A DNA stretch of 64,000 nucleotides from contig CM102285.1 of assembly GCA_046563655.1 (NCBI GenBank), positions 14,756,001 through 14,820,000 on the forward strand, in the 5' to 3' direction. A program made the translations under genes and the position numbers. A model generated the notes under the pieces. The model was not told the DNA's origin and ran no database searches. It worked only from the letters and a program-made list of their open reading frames with translations. This stretch comes from Yuukianura sp. NJ FZ-2021. Its lineage: Eukaryota. Positions 13,052 to 25,165 of this stretch are shown in pieces. Each line of letters begins with the position of its first letter. Position 1 is the first letter of the stretch.

Positions 13052-14836
13052 ATGGATCGTCAAGATATTTGTGCCACTTGCGACGAAATGGGTGGAGACG
13101 GATACTACTTGAGATGCGGAGATTATCACTGCCAGTAAGTAAAAATCATCAGTTACGATTTAAAATCATCAATTACGATTAAATTAATCATCTGTTCAAT
13201 TAGAAGCAACTGATCTTTGGATTTTCGTAGTTCCTGCCTCAGATCCAAGATTATTTCTGCAACAACGGAGACTGTCGCATGCGGAGTCGAAGATTGTACC
13301 GGTTTTCTGGATTCTCTTGACATTACAAACGTAAGGATGTCGTTTCTGAGTAAATGGAATGTTTTGACCCATTCCATAATTCATAATTCCACAATTTCAC
13401 TCGTACTGATAACAGTTCGACTTTATTTAGGTCGTTGAAGGTCGAATTCTTGAAAACTATTTGGAACGTGTCATCAAGCTCCAAATCAAGGAAGAAGAGC
13501 AGTCCAGCCGGCCAAACCGGAAGCGAAACGCAGACTCCTCGCCAAGTAAAAGCAATAACCCTGATTTCGCACATTCTCATTTTTCAAAATTTCCATTTTT
13601 TCTAAATTTTCAAAATTTTGATTTTTGAACAGGGCTGTCTGACTCTTTTTATGACAGTATTTCTCCTCCGTCTTCCTCTTCTTCCCACTCTTCTCCAATC
13701 AGCACAAGAGATTCCTCTTCTCCAATCAGCACAAGAGATTCCGAATCTGATGAGAGTAATTTCGGATTTGACCAGTTGTCTTCTTCCATAAAATTTCTTG
13801 TGGCTGCTGGATACTCCGAGGAAGATGCTGTCCAGTATTTTGCCAAACAGTCTGTCCTCCTTACCACGAAAACTATCAAATGCAACATTTGTCTCGACGA
13901 TCAAATTCTGCCTGGTGATGGCATCATTATCAAAAACTGCCTGCATATGGTCTGTCGGTAAGCAAATTAGTGCTAAAACATAAGCAAATTAGTACTAAAA
14001 TCTTAGACTAATTAACATTTCTAATTAAAATTTACATAATTCTTGTGCTTCTTAGAACTTGTCTGATTGGCTACATAAATGCCAGTGAGTCTCCAGAGAT
14101 CGAGTGTCCCTGTGCTGATGGTGTTGACAGATGCCGTGAAGTCCTTCTGCCTCTGGAAGTTCGTGAACTCTGTTCCGTGGCTTATGAGAAGCATTATATT
14201 GAGCTATCGCTGAAAGCGATTGAGCAGTCGGATGAAATGTCGCACTGCTTCACTCCCAACTGCCACTACTTCTGTGACCGTGGAAATGAGTACATCTATA
14301 CTTGTCCAGACTGCAAACAGGACAACTGCTACCGATGCAAGGTCAGACAACTCAAAATCAAAACATTTCCAAAAACTTTTTTCAAAAATGTAAAATTTTT
14401 GAAGACTTGATTTTCAAAATTTGAATTTTCAGCTTCAGCACACTGGACTCAGTTGCAGCCAGCACAAGGAGCAACTGGAGCGTGAGAAAAAAGAAGCGGA
14501 GGCTGCAGATTGGGACAGGCGGAACAAGTTGCTTCAAAAACAAAATGATCTCTTGAGTCAGGCAGCTATTGAGGTAAAATCTTCTTTTAAAAAAAATTCA
14601 AAATTTTGAATTTTGAAATGTTGAATTTTTGTATTTGTATTTGCATGTTTCAGCGAAATGTTTCTGAAGGTGTGTTTCGTCCTTGTCCAAAATGCAAAGT
14701 ACTTGTTGAAAAGAACGCCGGTTGTGATCACATGATTTGCTCAAGATGCAAGTTCGACTATCAATGGTCACAAGCAAAACCAAAAAGTACTGCCAGTACT
14801 ACTGGAATGACACGATCAACTAACGTTAGTGTTTAG
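13052..14836 (+). CDS. RBR (RING1-IBR-RING2) E3 ubiquitin ligase, HOIL-1/RBCK1-like; may extend 5' to ATG 12563
   Basis: RING1 CNICLD...CLHMVCRTCL...CPC, IBR CFTPNC...CPDC...CYRC...H...C, and RING2 CPKC...GCDHMICSRC. In-frame introns were checked by eye. A 27-bp coding tandem duplication lies at ~13689-13742. Confidence 0.85.
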
Positions 14837-15395
14837 TTAACTAACTAACCAAGGTTACTTACTTAACCTTTTTCTTAACTTCAAAGTCAAATGCAACTGA
14901 ACGTTGGACTGCTCAAATTTCGAAATTGAAGCACAAACCATGACATTTTAGCTTTTAATTTTCAAAGTTCTTTCCTTTTTCAACAATTTTTCAAAATATT
15001 TTTGGCACACAATTGAAACTGTGCCATTTTTGACTAAATATGAAATTATTGCTCAAGTAAATGCAACGAATGGACCCACCATTAACAAACTTTTCAAAAA
15101 AAAGTTGCCCTTGTTCACCAAGAAGTGTTCATTATCCTAAAATGTTTTTGAAAAATTCAAAATTTGATTCAAAATTTATAAAGTATCGATCCGAATTTCC
15201 TTTTTTGCATTCGTGTTCGTCACATCCTGCTTGCGATTGGCGTGACTTCACTTGTTGATAGATTCATCAGCTAACACTCCACGGAGAAAGAGTGGTTTTT
15301 TAAATTGACTTTTTCGACATAGGTATTTTCTCTTTTCAGTTTTCGAAATTTCGAATTTTAACTTTTTCAAAATATCTGTTTGTTAAGTTTTTGAA

Positions 15396-16741
15396 ATGGC
15401 TGCTTCAAATTCTGGTGGGAAGAACAAGGTTACGGCTGTAGTTGTAGCTCCAATCACAGAGGAACCGAAGCCAGGTCAAGGTCAGTTTTCAAATTTTTCT
15501 AAAAACACAAAATTTCGAATTTCACATTTTTTTTTCAAAATTTTGAATTTTGAATGCAGAGAGGATCTACAAGGGAAGAACTTCTAGAGCGGCGTCTCTA
15601 ATCGGATCGGCGTCGGATATTGAAGAAGTATCGAAACTACGTGGACTCTCGCCGCTCGCAGTTGCAAATTTGCTAAACATCAAAATTGACAAACGTAGGT
15701 TACCTTTGACCTTTCACATATTTTTTTTTTTTGATTTTTTTTTGTTTTTCAAAAAGGCTGGTGGCGTTGTGACTGGAATGTTCACTACAGCGTCTTTGAT
15801 GGTGAAACTGATGCGCTGATTTTTCGAGCTGAAGAGGAACTTCGCTGTTGCTGCAACGGCAATTTGCAGAACATTCTCGTACGAGATCACAGTAAAAATC
15901 TCGTTGCTCGCGTCTGCTACAAGGAGAAATCATCTTGCTCAAAGCAGCTGGTAAAACTAATTAACTGTCAATTAATTTATTAATTGATTTTGATTAATAA
16001 TTGTGGAGAGTTGGCACAAGTCCCATTGCCAACCACCACCGAGGTGTATGGAAGGACAGTGCTGTGCTATGTAGCTCTCCAATTTCACGATTTCTGGTTG
16101 GAACGTGATAGCTGAATGGCTAGAGCTCTGGCCAGATGGAAGAGATGTGGGTTCGAGTCCCACTGGGTTTATTTATTTTTTCCAGTGTTATTCTTTGTCT
16201 CTCCAGCTGTGTGGGTCATAATTACTGCTTTAACTGATTTAGGTGATGGCTATCTATTCTCCAGTGGATCTTTTGGTTGGAACTGTGGAGGAATCTACAG
16301 GGATGTTTGGTCCTAGGGAATTTATGATCCGAAATGGGGATGGACGTGTGTTATTTTCAGTAGACTATTCTAATCAATGCTGTTCCTACTTGTGGCTCGG
16401 TTGTTGTTCACTGTCCATTTGTACTTGTGGATCCTCATTTAGAATCAAATCACCAGAAACTAACTCCGAAGTGGGCAAGATACTGGAAAAGACGTCGGAG
16501 TGCTTGAGACTTCAATTCAAAACTAAACTAGACATCACTGCCAAAATTATGCTCACGGGCTTTTGTATTGGACTGGTAAAATAAGCAACAGTTTTCATTC
16601 CAGAACAATTTTTTTTAAATAGAAGATTTCTAGAATTCAAAATTTTAACTTTTACAATTTTGAATTTTTTTTGAAACTTTTCAGTTGCATAAATCCTATC
16701 ATCAAATATCTGACGCTCTTCAACCAATTGAGCACCACTGA
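15396..16741 (+). CDS. Second divergent phospholipid scramblase-like protein (5 exons)
   Basis: Spliced frame gives IFRAEEELRCCC, a Cys-rich CCSYLWLGCCSLSICTC segment, VGKILEK and LQFKTKLDITAKIMLTGFCIGL, matching the scramblase C-terminal pattern. Confidence 0.65.
16104..16170 (+). pseudogene. tRNA-derived element (SINE head or tRNA pseudogene) in an intron
   Basis: A-box/D-arm TAGCTGAATGGCTAGAGC and a perfect T-arm/B-box GTGGG-TTCGAGT-CCCAC. There is no intact anticodon loop or clear acceptor stem. Confidence 0.6.
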
Positions 16742-17298
16742 CTGGAACTACACTTTTATTTTTAGAAGTTATCAAGTAATTAAAGGTTTAGGTTAATTAT
16801 TAATGTAATTAATTAATTAACGACAAACCGAATTAATCGTATAAAGTAAAAGTTCTTTTCCGGACAAAAAAGTTTCTGCCATTCTACTCTCCAATTTCAC
16901 ACAAGTTCTTCCATAGTTTCTACACGGCAAAGTTTTCTTATTTTGTCGCATTAACAAGGGCACAGTGAGACAATTGTTTTCTGTTTTCACTTTGGCGCGA
17001 ATTTGAGCAGATTTCAAACTTCAAAAACTTGAAAGTTTTGGGGTTTTGAATTTTTTCGAAATTATTAATAACGAAAACCAAAACCTGGTGAATCGCTTAC
17101 GTTTTTTTGGATGATTTTTCCATAAAAGGTGAGTTAATTATCAGTTAATTGCTAATAATTAATTATACGTTCGGTTAGTGACTTGTATTGATATTTCGAT
17201 TAACTTTAGGAGCTGTATTACAAGAAAACATCAGACAAGTTTTACAGAATACACGAATACTTGAAAAGTACTGGGCAAGTACTACTGCTGACGAAACA

Positions 17299-19112
17299 AT
17301 GTTCAAGCGACCGTTAGAAGAGGCTGAAGCCGTTCCGCCGGTTTCGAAAGCCATAAAAGTTGAAGATGCTGGCGAACCGGAAGCTGCAAGTCCAGTAATG
17401 ACTTCACAGCAAATCAAAGAAATGATGGCCAATGCCCAAAGGATGATCGAACAACGCAAGAAAGCTCTGGCTGCAACTATGGCACCAGGACTTCCACCTC
17501 CTGGCCTCGTCGTTCCACCTCCAATCCCTCTTGCTCCTCAAGTATCAGTCATCTTTCCACCAGTTATCAACAAAAACCAAGATGCTGGATCCTCTTTCGA
17601 TGGAGACAAGAAACGGAAGTTGGCTGAACTTCAGGCACAGATTCAAAGTAAAATTGCTTCTGGAGCCCTTGGACGACAACAAGACATGATTGATGGAACA
17701 TTTGGCAGGAAGCCGCTACCGCTTCTATTGGATAACGAAGGAAGGGCAATTGACGTCTCCGGGAAACAAATTCTCCTTCCTCAGCATCAGCCTACGTTGA
17801 AAGCAAATATTCGAGCAGCTCGGAAGGATTTTAAGAGCAGTGTTGCACAAGAGGCTGCTGCTATAGCGGAACAAGAAGAGGCTCTTTCAAATAAATACTT
17901 TGATGATCGTTTGGCTCCTGTCACGGCCAAAGGTCGTACCAAGAGGACACTCAAGTTCAATGATCCAGGGAAGTATGTGGCCTTGGCCCATCGACAACGC
18001 ATGCAAACGCAACTGGCGAGACTTCAAGAAGAAATTGCAGAGAAAGCACGGAAAACTGGAATTTCTACTGCTGCGAGATTGGCCAAGCTGTCTGGAGCGG
18101 TGGCCAACAGTTCTAAGGGAGAGAAGGCAGAAGAGTACATTCCTCAGGTACGTTTTAGGTTAAATATTTCAACATTTTTCACCTTTCAGATTTCAACTTT
18201 TCGGTTTTCACTTTTCACATTTTGTTTTCACTTTCCATTCAGGTGGAATGGTGGGATTCGTTGTTATTCGAGGACAAAGAAACTGAAGGCGGGATAACCT
18301 ACGATTCGCCATTGAAGGAAGGCTGCATCACGAAGTTAATTGAACATCCAACACAACTTCGATGTCCAACCGAGCCTCTGGAAACTCCGCTCGTTCCAGT
18401 CTTTCTCACCAAAGACGAAATGAAGAAACTTCGACGTCAAAATCGTCGTGAAACTTGGAAAGAGAAGCAAGAAAAGATCCGTCTCGGCCTTGAGCCCCCT
18501 CCAGCCCCCAAAGTTCGGATTTCCAACTTGATGCGCGTCTTAGGTGTCGAAGCTGTCCAAGATCCAACTAAAGTTGAAGCCCACGTTCGAAAAGAAATGG
18601 CCAAGAGACTCAAAACTCATCAGGACTCCAATGCATCTAGAAAGTTAACTCCAGAACAAAGAAAAGAAAAGAAGGCCAAGAAGATTGAAGAAGACGTGAC
18701 TCTGGGTGTCCAAGTCGCCGTGTACAGAATTGATGACCTCACGAACCAATCAAAAAAGTTTAAAGTTGACACGAACGCTAAGCAGTTGACCCTGACTGGT
18801 TGTCTTCTTCTGTTTCGTGACTGCAATTTGGTGGTGGTCGAAGGTGGTCCAAAACAGCAGAAAAAGTACAAGAGATTGATGCTGCATAGGATCAAGTGGA
18901 CTGAAGACAGTGTCAAGGACAAGCAAGGGACCCCCAACAAATGTGTCCTCGTTTGGGAAGGAGCTGTGAAGGAACGAGCCTTCAACGAACTCAAATTCAA
19001 ACTTGTTCAAACAGAGGAACAAGCGCGGGAGTTTTTGAAAAAGCATGGAGTCGAAAACTACTGGGACTTGGCTCTTAGCGGAAGCGTTTTGGAGTCGATC
19101 ATCGACACCTAA
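17299..19112 (+). CDS. PRPF3: U4/U6 snRNP protein Prp3; exons 17299-18147 and 18243-19112
   Basis: [68 protein letters not shown] and NKCVLVWEG. Confidence 0.96.
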
Positions 19113-19122
19113 AACAGAAAAG

Positions 19123-19246
19123 TACTGTATTTCCCCGCTTATAAGGGGAGTACCGTATTTCCTCGCAAATAAAACGCGAGTGCGAAGTACCGTATTTCCT
19201 GGCTTATATGCCGCATATACGTCTTATTTGGCGAGGAAACATGGTA
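19123..19246. mobile_element. Stacked TA-CCGTATTTCC MITE termini in the PRPF3 3' flank
   Basis: Three direct copies of TAC(C/T)GTATTTCC followed by one inverted copy, GAGGAAACATGGTA. Confidence 0.55.
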
Positions 19247-19854
19247 AATATTGGAAATTTAATTTTTAGACTTTTTGCTGTTTGTTGAGGTTCATCTTCT
19301 GCTGGAATGTATTAAATTAATTGAAATTTAATTAATTGTGTATTTTCTGAAGAGTTTTCCTGTTGCAAGGTTTCTGGTTTTTGTGGTTTTAATTGCCGGT
19401 TTCCGCAAAACCTCAAACTTTTGTTTCTTTTTTCTACTCAAAAAAGATGACCCAATTATGTAAATTGTGCTGCGTGTGATGAGTTGATTCAGGAATGTCG
19501 AATCTTTTTGTTATACAGTGGACAAGGTCAAGGTCATCGACTCATCATGCAATGTAGCGTGGTGTCATAATTGTCAGTTTTTAGAATTTTTTGTACAATC
19601 AAGCATAAAAGGACTTTCTTCATGTCAAAATGTGTCAGAATCTTTTCAGAAATTTGAAAGAACGCAAGCGCTGTGTCCAATTGCCCAAATTCACCATGGT
19701 TGTTCCACCATCAGCTAAGGAATTGGAACTACTCAAAATCGTAAGTTACATGAACTTATGTTAACATAAAACAATGTTTTTATATAAAAACAAGCATCTC
19801 TAGCATGCCTGTTGGGGCTTCGCCCTAGGTTTGTTCAATTGTCCTAATTTTTTA

Positions 19855-20345
19855 GCCTAACCATGACTTTTTCCAAAAATTCTGTAGAAAGTTAGGTGTT
19901 TTGAAAAAAGAATATATTGGAATTTTTCAATTTCTCATAAAAAAGAAAAATACACTTTAGTGAATTTGCTAGCCTAACCCTGACTTTTCCCAAAAGTCAT
20001 TCTGTAGAAAGTTAGGTGTGGTGGTGTTTTTAAAAATGAATATTTTGGAATTTTTTAAATTTCCATAAAAAAGGAAAATTCACTTTAGTGAATTTGTTAG
20101 CCTAATCCTGACTTTTTCCAATAGTCCTCCTGTAGAAAGTGAGATGGTGTGATGGTGTTTTAGAAAAACAATACTTTGGAATTTTTAAAATTTCCATAAA
20201 AAAGGAAATTGCACTTTAGTGAATTTGTTAGCCTAATCCTGACTTTTTCCAAAAGTCCTTCTGTAGAAAGTTAGAAGGTGTGATGGTGTTTTGAAAAAAC
20301 AATATTTTGGAAAATTTCAATTTTTCATGAATAAGGAAAATACAT
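19855..20345. repeat. Tandem array, ~4 copies of a 116-131-bp unit
   Basis: AGCCTAA..TGACTTTT.CC...CTGTAGAAAGT...CACTTTAGTGAATTTG units start at 19855, 19971, 20099 and 20230. Confidence 0.9.
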
Positions 20346-20547
20346 TTTTGGGACTTTTTTGGGGGGAATTTTAAAGGAATTCGAATTAAAAAGAAAAATT
20401 AAAAAGGATTTTTTTTTCAATTAGAGGAGTTAGTCAATTAGTCGATTTATTGAAAGCCAAGTTTTTCTTAGGTTATTTAGAATAACACGATAAGAAATTA
20501 GATGGCAGGAAACTTTTCAGCGAGTATACGAAATTAATTTTAGATAT

Positions 20548-21609
20548 TTAAATGTGTGCAGAAGCTCCTTCAGGCGTCACTATTGCATTCTTGCACATTT
20601 CAACAAATTTTTCTTGTTCGGAACTCCGAATTCTAGCATTCAATCGAAAGTGCAAAGTACGTAGGTGGGTAACGTCAGCTGCAGCGTACTCAATCATATC
20701 CGCTGTAAGTGGACGCGTGTTCCAGAATTTTTTGTTCAAAGTAAACATTGATGTCAGTTTTTCTTTCAACGAATTTCTTGGCAAATAAAATTTTTGACAA
20801 ATCCTGTTCCATCCAATTCGCAAATGCCCTCCATGAATGATGTGGTAGGCAATTTGTGTATCGAAAACTGGCTGCAGGTTGATGCCAAACTGCACCTGAA
20901 GATTCGTCCTGTCCCCTCTGCAGTCATGAATTATCTGCAAAATTAGGGGACAAAATAATTATCTTTTCAATTCAAATTCAGAGGATTCAAATCCAATTTT
21001 CAAAAATTAGTTCTTTTTTTTTAATTGTTATAATTAATTACTTTTTATTAATTAATTCAACAATACTTTTTACTATTATAGCATACAGGGAATACACCGT
21101 ATCGTATACAGGTGGTCAAGGTCAAATATGTAATGCGTTTTCATTTGAACGGTGACGAGGACTACGAAAATGTGGAAATACACATTTTTACCCAAATGCT
21201 GTTTTAAATAATAATTTTTTTTGATGGTTTTTACCCTAACCTCTCGAATGTAAAACTGTAATAGTAAAATTTTTACAATTTTCCAGACTTTCAGGGAAAT
21301 CTTGAAACAAAACTGCATTAAATGTTTGACCTCCAAGTCACAGATTTTTCAAACTTTTACCTTCAAAATGTTTGGATCTTCCAAAACCTCTTTAAGTTTT
21401 CCAGTTAAAATGGCTGGACAAGTAACCACATCAAAAAGAAATACATTTGAATTGGCATCAGCGATTTGTATCAAACTGACTTCGCCTCCAGGTCGACCCA
21501 ACTCAACACCCTCGCAGTCCATGCCAATTGGGGCTGGATTTTTCAAAAGAATTTCACACCGCAAATCCGCTGTTGCCAAATCACTGATTACTTCAATGTT
21601 AGGAGTCAT
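20548..21609 (-). CDS. DEDDy 3'-5' exonuclease, EXD1/Egalitarian-like, ~211 aa; exons 21609-21361 and 20934-20548
   Basis: ExoI IGMDCEG, LIQIA, ExoII IIHDCRGD, VFDTQIAY and ExoIII WNTRPLT..MIEYAAADV. Confidence 0.85.
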
Positions 21610-21613
21610 GCTC

Positions 21614-22248
21614 TAAGGTTGCGTTAAAGTGGATGATAGTTTCTTTATGGGATCGCACCAGTCCGTTCGATTTCGCTGGAAATTGACACAGTTATTCTCC
21701 AGACCTATAGAAAACTTTTGCACAAGGTGTAGATGGGGCGTCAAATAGTTTGATCTCTATCGGTCACCAAACTTTCATCTTTTGGTGGGTTTTCTCGACA
21801 CTTCGTGACCTTTGTTGGTCACACGGCTGAACCAAAGTATTGATACCCCTATGTATTATGAATCAGGAGGTCAAGACCTTTCCAGCGATTTATTCTATGC
21901 CAGGTTCACCGCGTATCAAATTTTGACCTCAAAAGGTCAACGTGGTGGCCGTAGGAAAATAATACCTTGTTGGAAAGCTATTGACCTCCGGATTCAGAAT
22001 ATATAGGGGTATCAATACTTTGGTTCAGCCGTTTGATCAACAAAGGTCACGAAGTGTCAAGAAAACCCACCAAATGATGGAAGTTTGGTGACCGCTGGAG
22101 GTCAAACCGTTTGATGCCTTATCTTACATCCTGTACAAAAGTTGATTGTCTGATAGGTCTGGAGAGCAACTGCGCCAATTTTTAGTCAAATCGGTCAAAC
22201 GGTTTAGTGGAATTCCATCAGGAAATTATCATCTCCTTTACAATCTTA
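21614..22248. mobile_element. Long foldback/MITE: ~270-bp imperfect inverted arms around a short spacer, TA at both ends
   Basis: CGGCTGAACCAAAGTATTGATACCCCTAT (left arm) is the reverse complement of ATAGGGGTATCAATACTTTGGTTCAGCCG (right arm). Complementarity extends out to TAAGGTTG...CAATCTTA. Confidence 0.88.
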
Positions 22249-22789
22249 TCGTTACTCTTGATTTTTAAAAACTGTTGGCATTTGGAAGGGTTTTCCGATA
22301 TTTATTTGTTTAAAAAAAGCGTCACAGCAAGCCGAGGCTTTGTTCTTTTATGGAAGAAAAAGATGTCAGCATCACTTTTAATGATAACTCATCAAAAACT
22401 CTTCAAAATATAAAAATTATAATTTATGGCGTGATTTTTCAATTTTGCACAGATAAGCAGCTGCATTTTGCACTCCAGATACGTGACGCTATACTTTGTT
22501 AATTGGCTTTAACTTTTATTTAATTTTGGATTGTAATTAAGTTAGTTATTGATAACTGCTCCGTAATTGCAAAATGTTCCGCAGATTGTAATAGTTGAGA
22601 TTGAATTTAGACTCATGTTCTTGAAAACGTTTACCTAATGAAAATCGAAGCATAATTTTTTATTTGAGGTATTTAAGTGAATTAGTGAAGAAAGGATTAA
22701 AGTACATGAGTAACTTCTATTCAATTTCGGAATTACGTCTCACATGTAACTTCTCATTAGTATATAAGAGATATGTTTTTGAATTCCAG

Positions 22790-24572
22790 TTTCGTGAGAA
22801 GATCAAGGATGTTGAGCTGAGTGAGACGCAGCAGGGTGACCTGTACCTGGTGAGTTGGCTCCGAGCGCGTGACCTTGACCTGGCCAAAGCAGAGGAAATG
22901 TTTCGGAATTCCATGGAGTGGAGAAAAGTCAATGGAATTGACAATCTCCTCAACTGGAAAGTGCCGGAACTGTTTGAAAAGGAGTTTCCCTTTCAAATCT
23001 CTGGAGTGGACAAGGACAAGTGTCCAGGTACTAGTTAATTTCTGAAAGGAAATTTCAAAAATCCCAATTTTACAAAATTTTGAAATTTGTTTTTGAAAAT
23101 AGTTCTGATTCTTCCATTTGGAAAATGGGATGTTCGTAAAGTGGTGGAGATGGGGCAGAGGGAGGCGTACATCAAATACAATGACTACATGAATCTCAAG
23201 GTCATTCAGACTTCGGACACTTCCCCAAATGCATTTACCCAGTTCAATGTCGTCTGTGACATGAAGGGATACTCATTCCGTAAGCTCAAAACTAATATAA
23301 TAAAACTAATTAATATACACTAAATTATAATAATTGATTTGTATCCTACTTTCAGGTCAGCTAACGGGGCATGGCTGTAAGAATTTAGAGTAAAACTTTA
23401 ATCTAGGAACAAACCAGAACCCACTCCATATTTAATTTTGTTTAAAATATTATATTTTTATTTTATATAATAATATTAATTATATTAAAATAATATAGTT
23501 TTGTGTAGGTGTTGATGTTGCACTGGAGACTGTGAAGCGATTTGAAGCCAACTATCCTGAACGCTTAAAAGTCGGATACATTATCAACGGTAAATCAATC
23601 AATTGGAGAGTTCGTCTTTTTAGTTAAGGTTGTTGCTAAAGAAGAAAGCGTCAGCCTGCTTAAGCAGGATGCTGTTTTCTTTGAGCTGTTGCAAATCTAC
23701 ACACATGAAAATTGTGTAGCTTAAAATTGAAAATTTTGACAATTTCATAATTTCTGTTTTTTTTTTCAAATTTTTGTCTCAGCTCCCAAAATTTTTAGTA
23801 TTTTGTTTGCCTTGATCAAGCCGCTGCTTTCTCCAGTGACTTTGGCCAAAATCAAGATTTTTGGGAGCAACGCTGCAAAGTGGAAGACGAGCTTGTTGAA
23901 CAGCATTCCTGCTGATCAACTTCCAGTGACACATGGAGGAACGTCTACTGCCACAGTAATCACAAAATCAAAAATTTTGATTCAAAACCAAAATTTCAAA
24001 AATGCATTTTCATAAAAACTTGTTTTTGACAGTTCAGCTTAGGTGACCTGCCTGACACTGGAGCAGCCGATGAGAATGAATTGATTGAAGTGACGGTAGG
24101 AGCAGGAGAGAAGCTGGAAGTGCAATATGAGGTTACACATCCCAATACCAAACTGAGGTTAAACTGACATTTCGAAAACTCAAAATTTGAAAATTTGAAA
24201 AGTTCAAAAACATTTTATGTCAAAATTTTGATGTGATTTTAGTTGGAGATTCAAAACGGATAGTTTTGACATTGGATTTTCAGTAAAGCACAAAAATGGA
24301 GAAGAAATCGTAAAATACGAAAGAGTTGAAGCTCACGTTTCTGAACAAAGTGGAAGCGTCAACTGCGAACAAATTGGCAGTTGTAAGGATTCAAAATTTT
24401 GAAAATTCAGTTTTCGAGATTTTGAAATTTCGATTTGGAGAAACATTTTTATGAAATTTCAGATATTCTTCTGTTTGACAACACGTACAGTGTAGTTCGG
24501 CCGAAGACGCTTCAGTACATGGTTACTCTCGACTCTACTGAAGATTTTGACGACGAAAACACGGACTTGTAA
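22790..24572 (+). CDS. SEC14-like lipid-binding protein (CRAL-TRIO + GOLD); first coding exon not located
   Basis: YLVSWLRARDLDLAKAEEMFRNSMEWRK, FEANYPERLK, APKIFSILFALIKPLLSPVTLAKI and QLPVTHGGT, plus GOLD WRFKTDSFDIGF and YILLFDNTYSVVRPKTLQY. Confidence 0.9.
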
Positions 24573-24983
24573 ATTCCAATTTTCGAAATTCAAAAACACA
24601 TAAACAAAATTTTGAAAGATGGGATTCCAAATTGAAATTAAAACCACTGCTATGTTCGTTTTCGGCAGTTTCAAAATTTTGAAAACCTCTTCACCGTTCA
24701 GTCTACACTGAGGTACTTGTAGAAGTTTATTATAAATGTCCTGGCTGCAGAACATTCTGAATGATAATTAATTAGTTTTAATTGTAATTAATTAATTGTA
24801 GTTGTAATTAATTAACTTATTGTATGAATTCAGTCTCACTTTCTTACCAAAGTCAAACGTTAATGGACTCATTCTCACACCAAAACTGACCAGTTGATAC
24901 TGAAATGCTTTTGAAATGTTAGGAAATGCAATGAACACATTTGGAATTCAATAAGGAAGGAACTACCGTAAGTGAACTAAAGT

Positions 24984-25165
24984 TACCGTAAAACTTCTGT
25001 TACAAGCCCATTACAAATACACTCCTGGACCTCTAATACAAGATGGGTGCGCTGAACGAAAAATTTTAAGTAAAACTTGACCTCTGACCTTTCAGTATTA
25101 CAAACATGGTGTAAAGACGTCGAAAATAAATAAGGGCCTTTGCTTCTATCAGAAGTTTTACGGTA
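24984..25165. mobile_element. MITE of the same TA-CCGTAAAACTTC family
   Basis: Perfect 14-bp TIR CCGTAAAACTTCTG / CAGAAGTTTTACGG flanked by TA. Confidence 0.8.

Noticed and set aside
16104..16170. Functional tRNA gene
   Set aside because: There is no anticodon loop and no convincing acceptor stem.
19440..19745. Possible small gene or exon fragments (Cys-containing frames, GTAAGT donor at 19741)
   Set aside because: I could not assemble a consistent spliced ORF or recognise any family.
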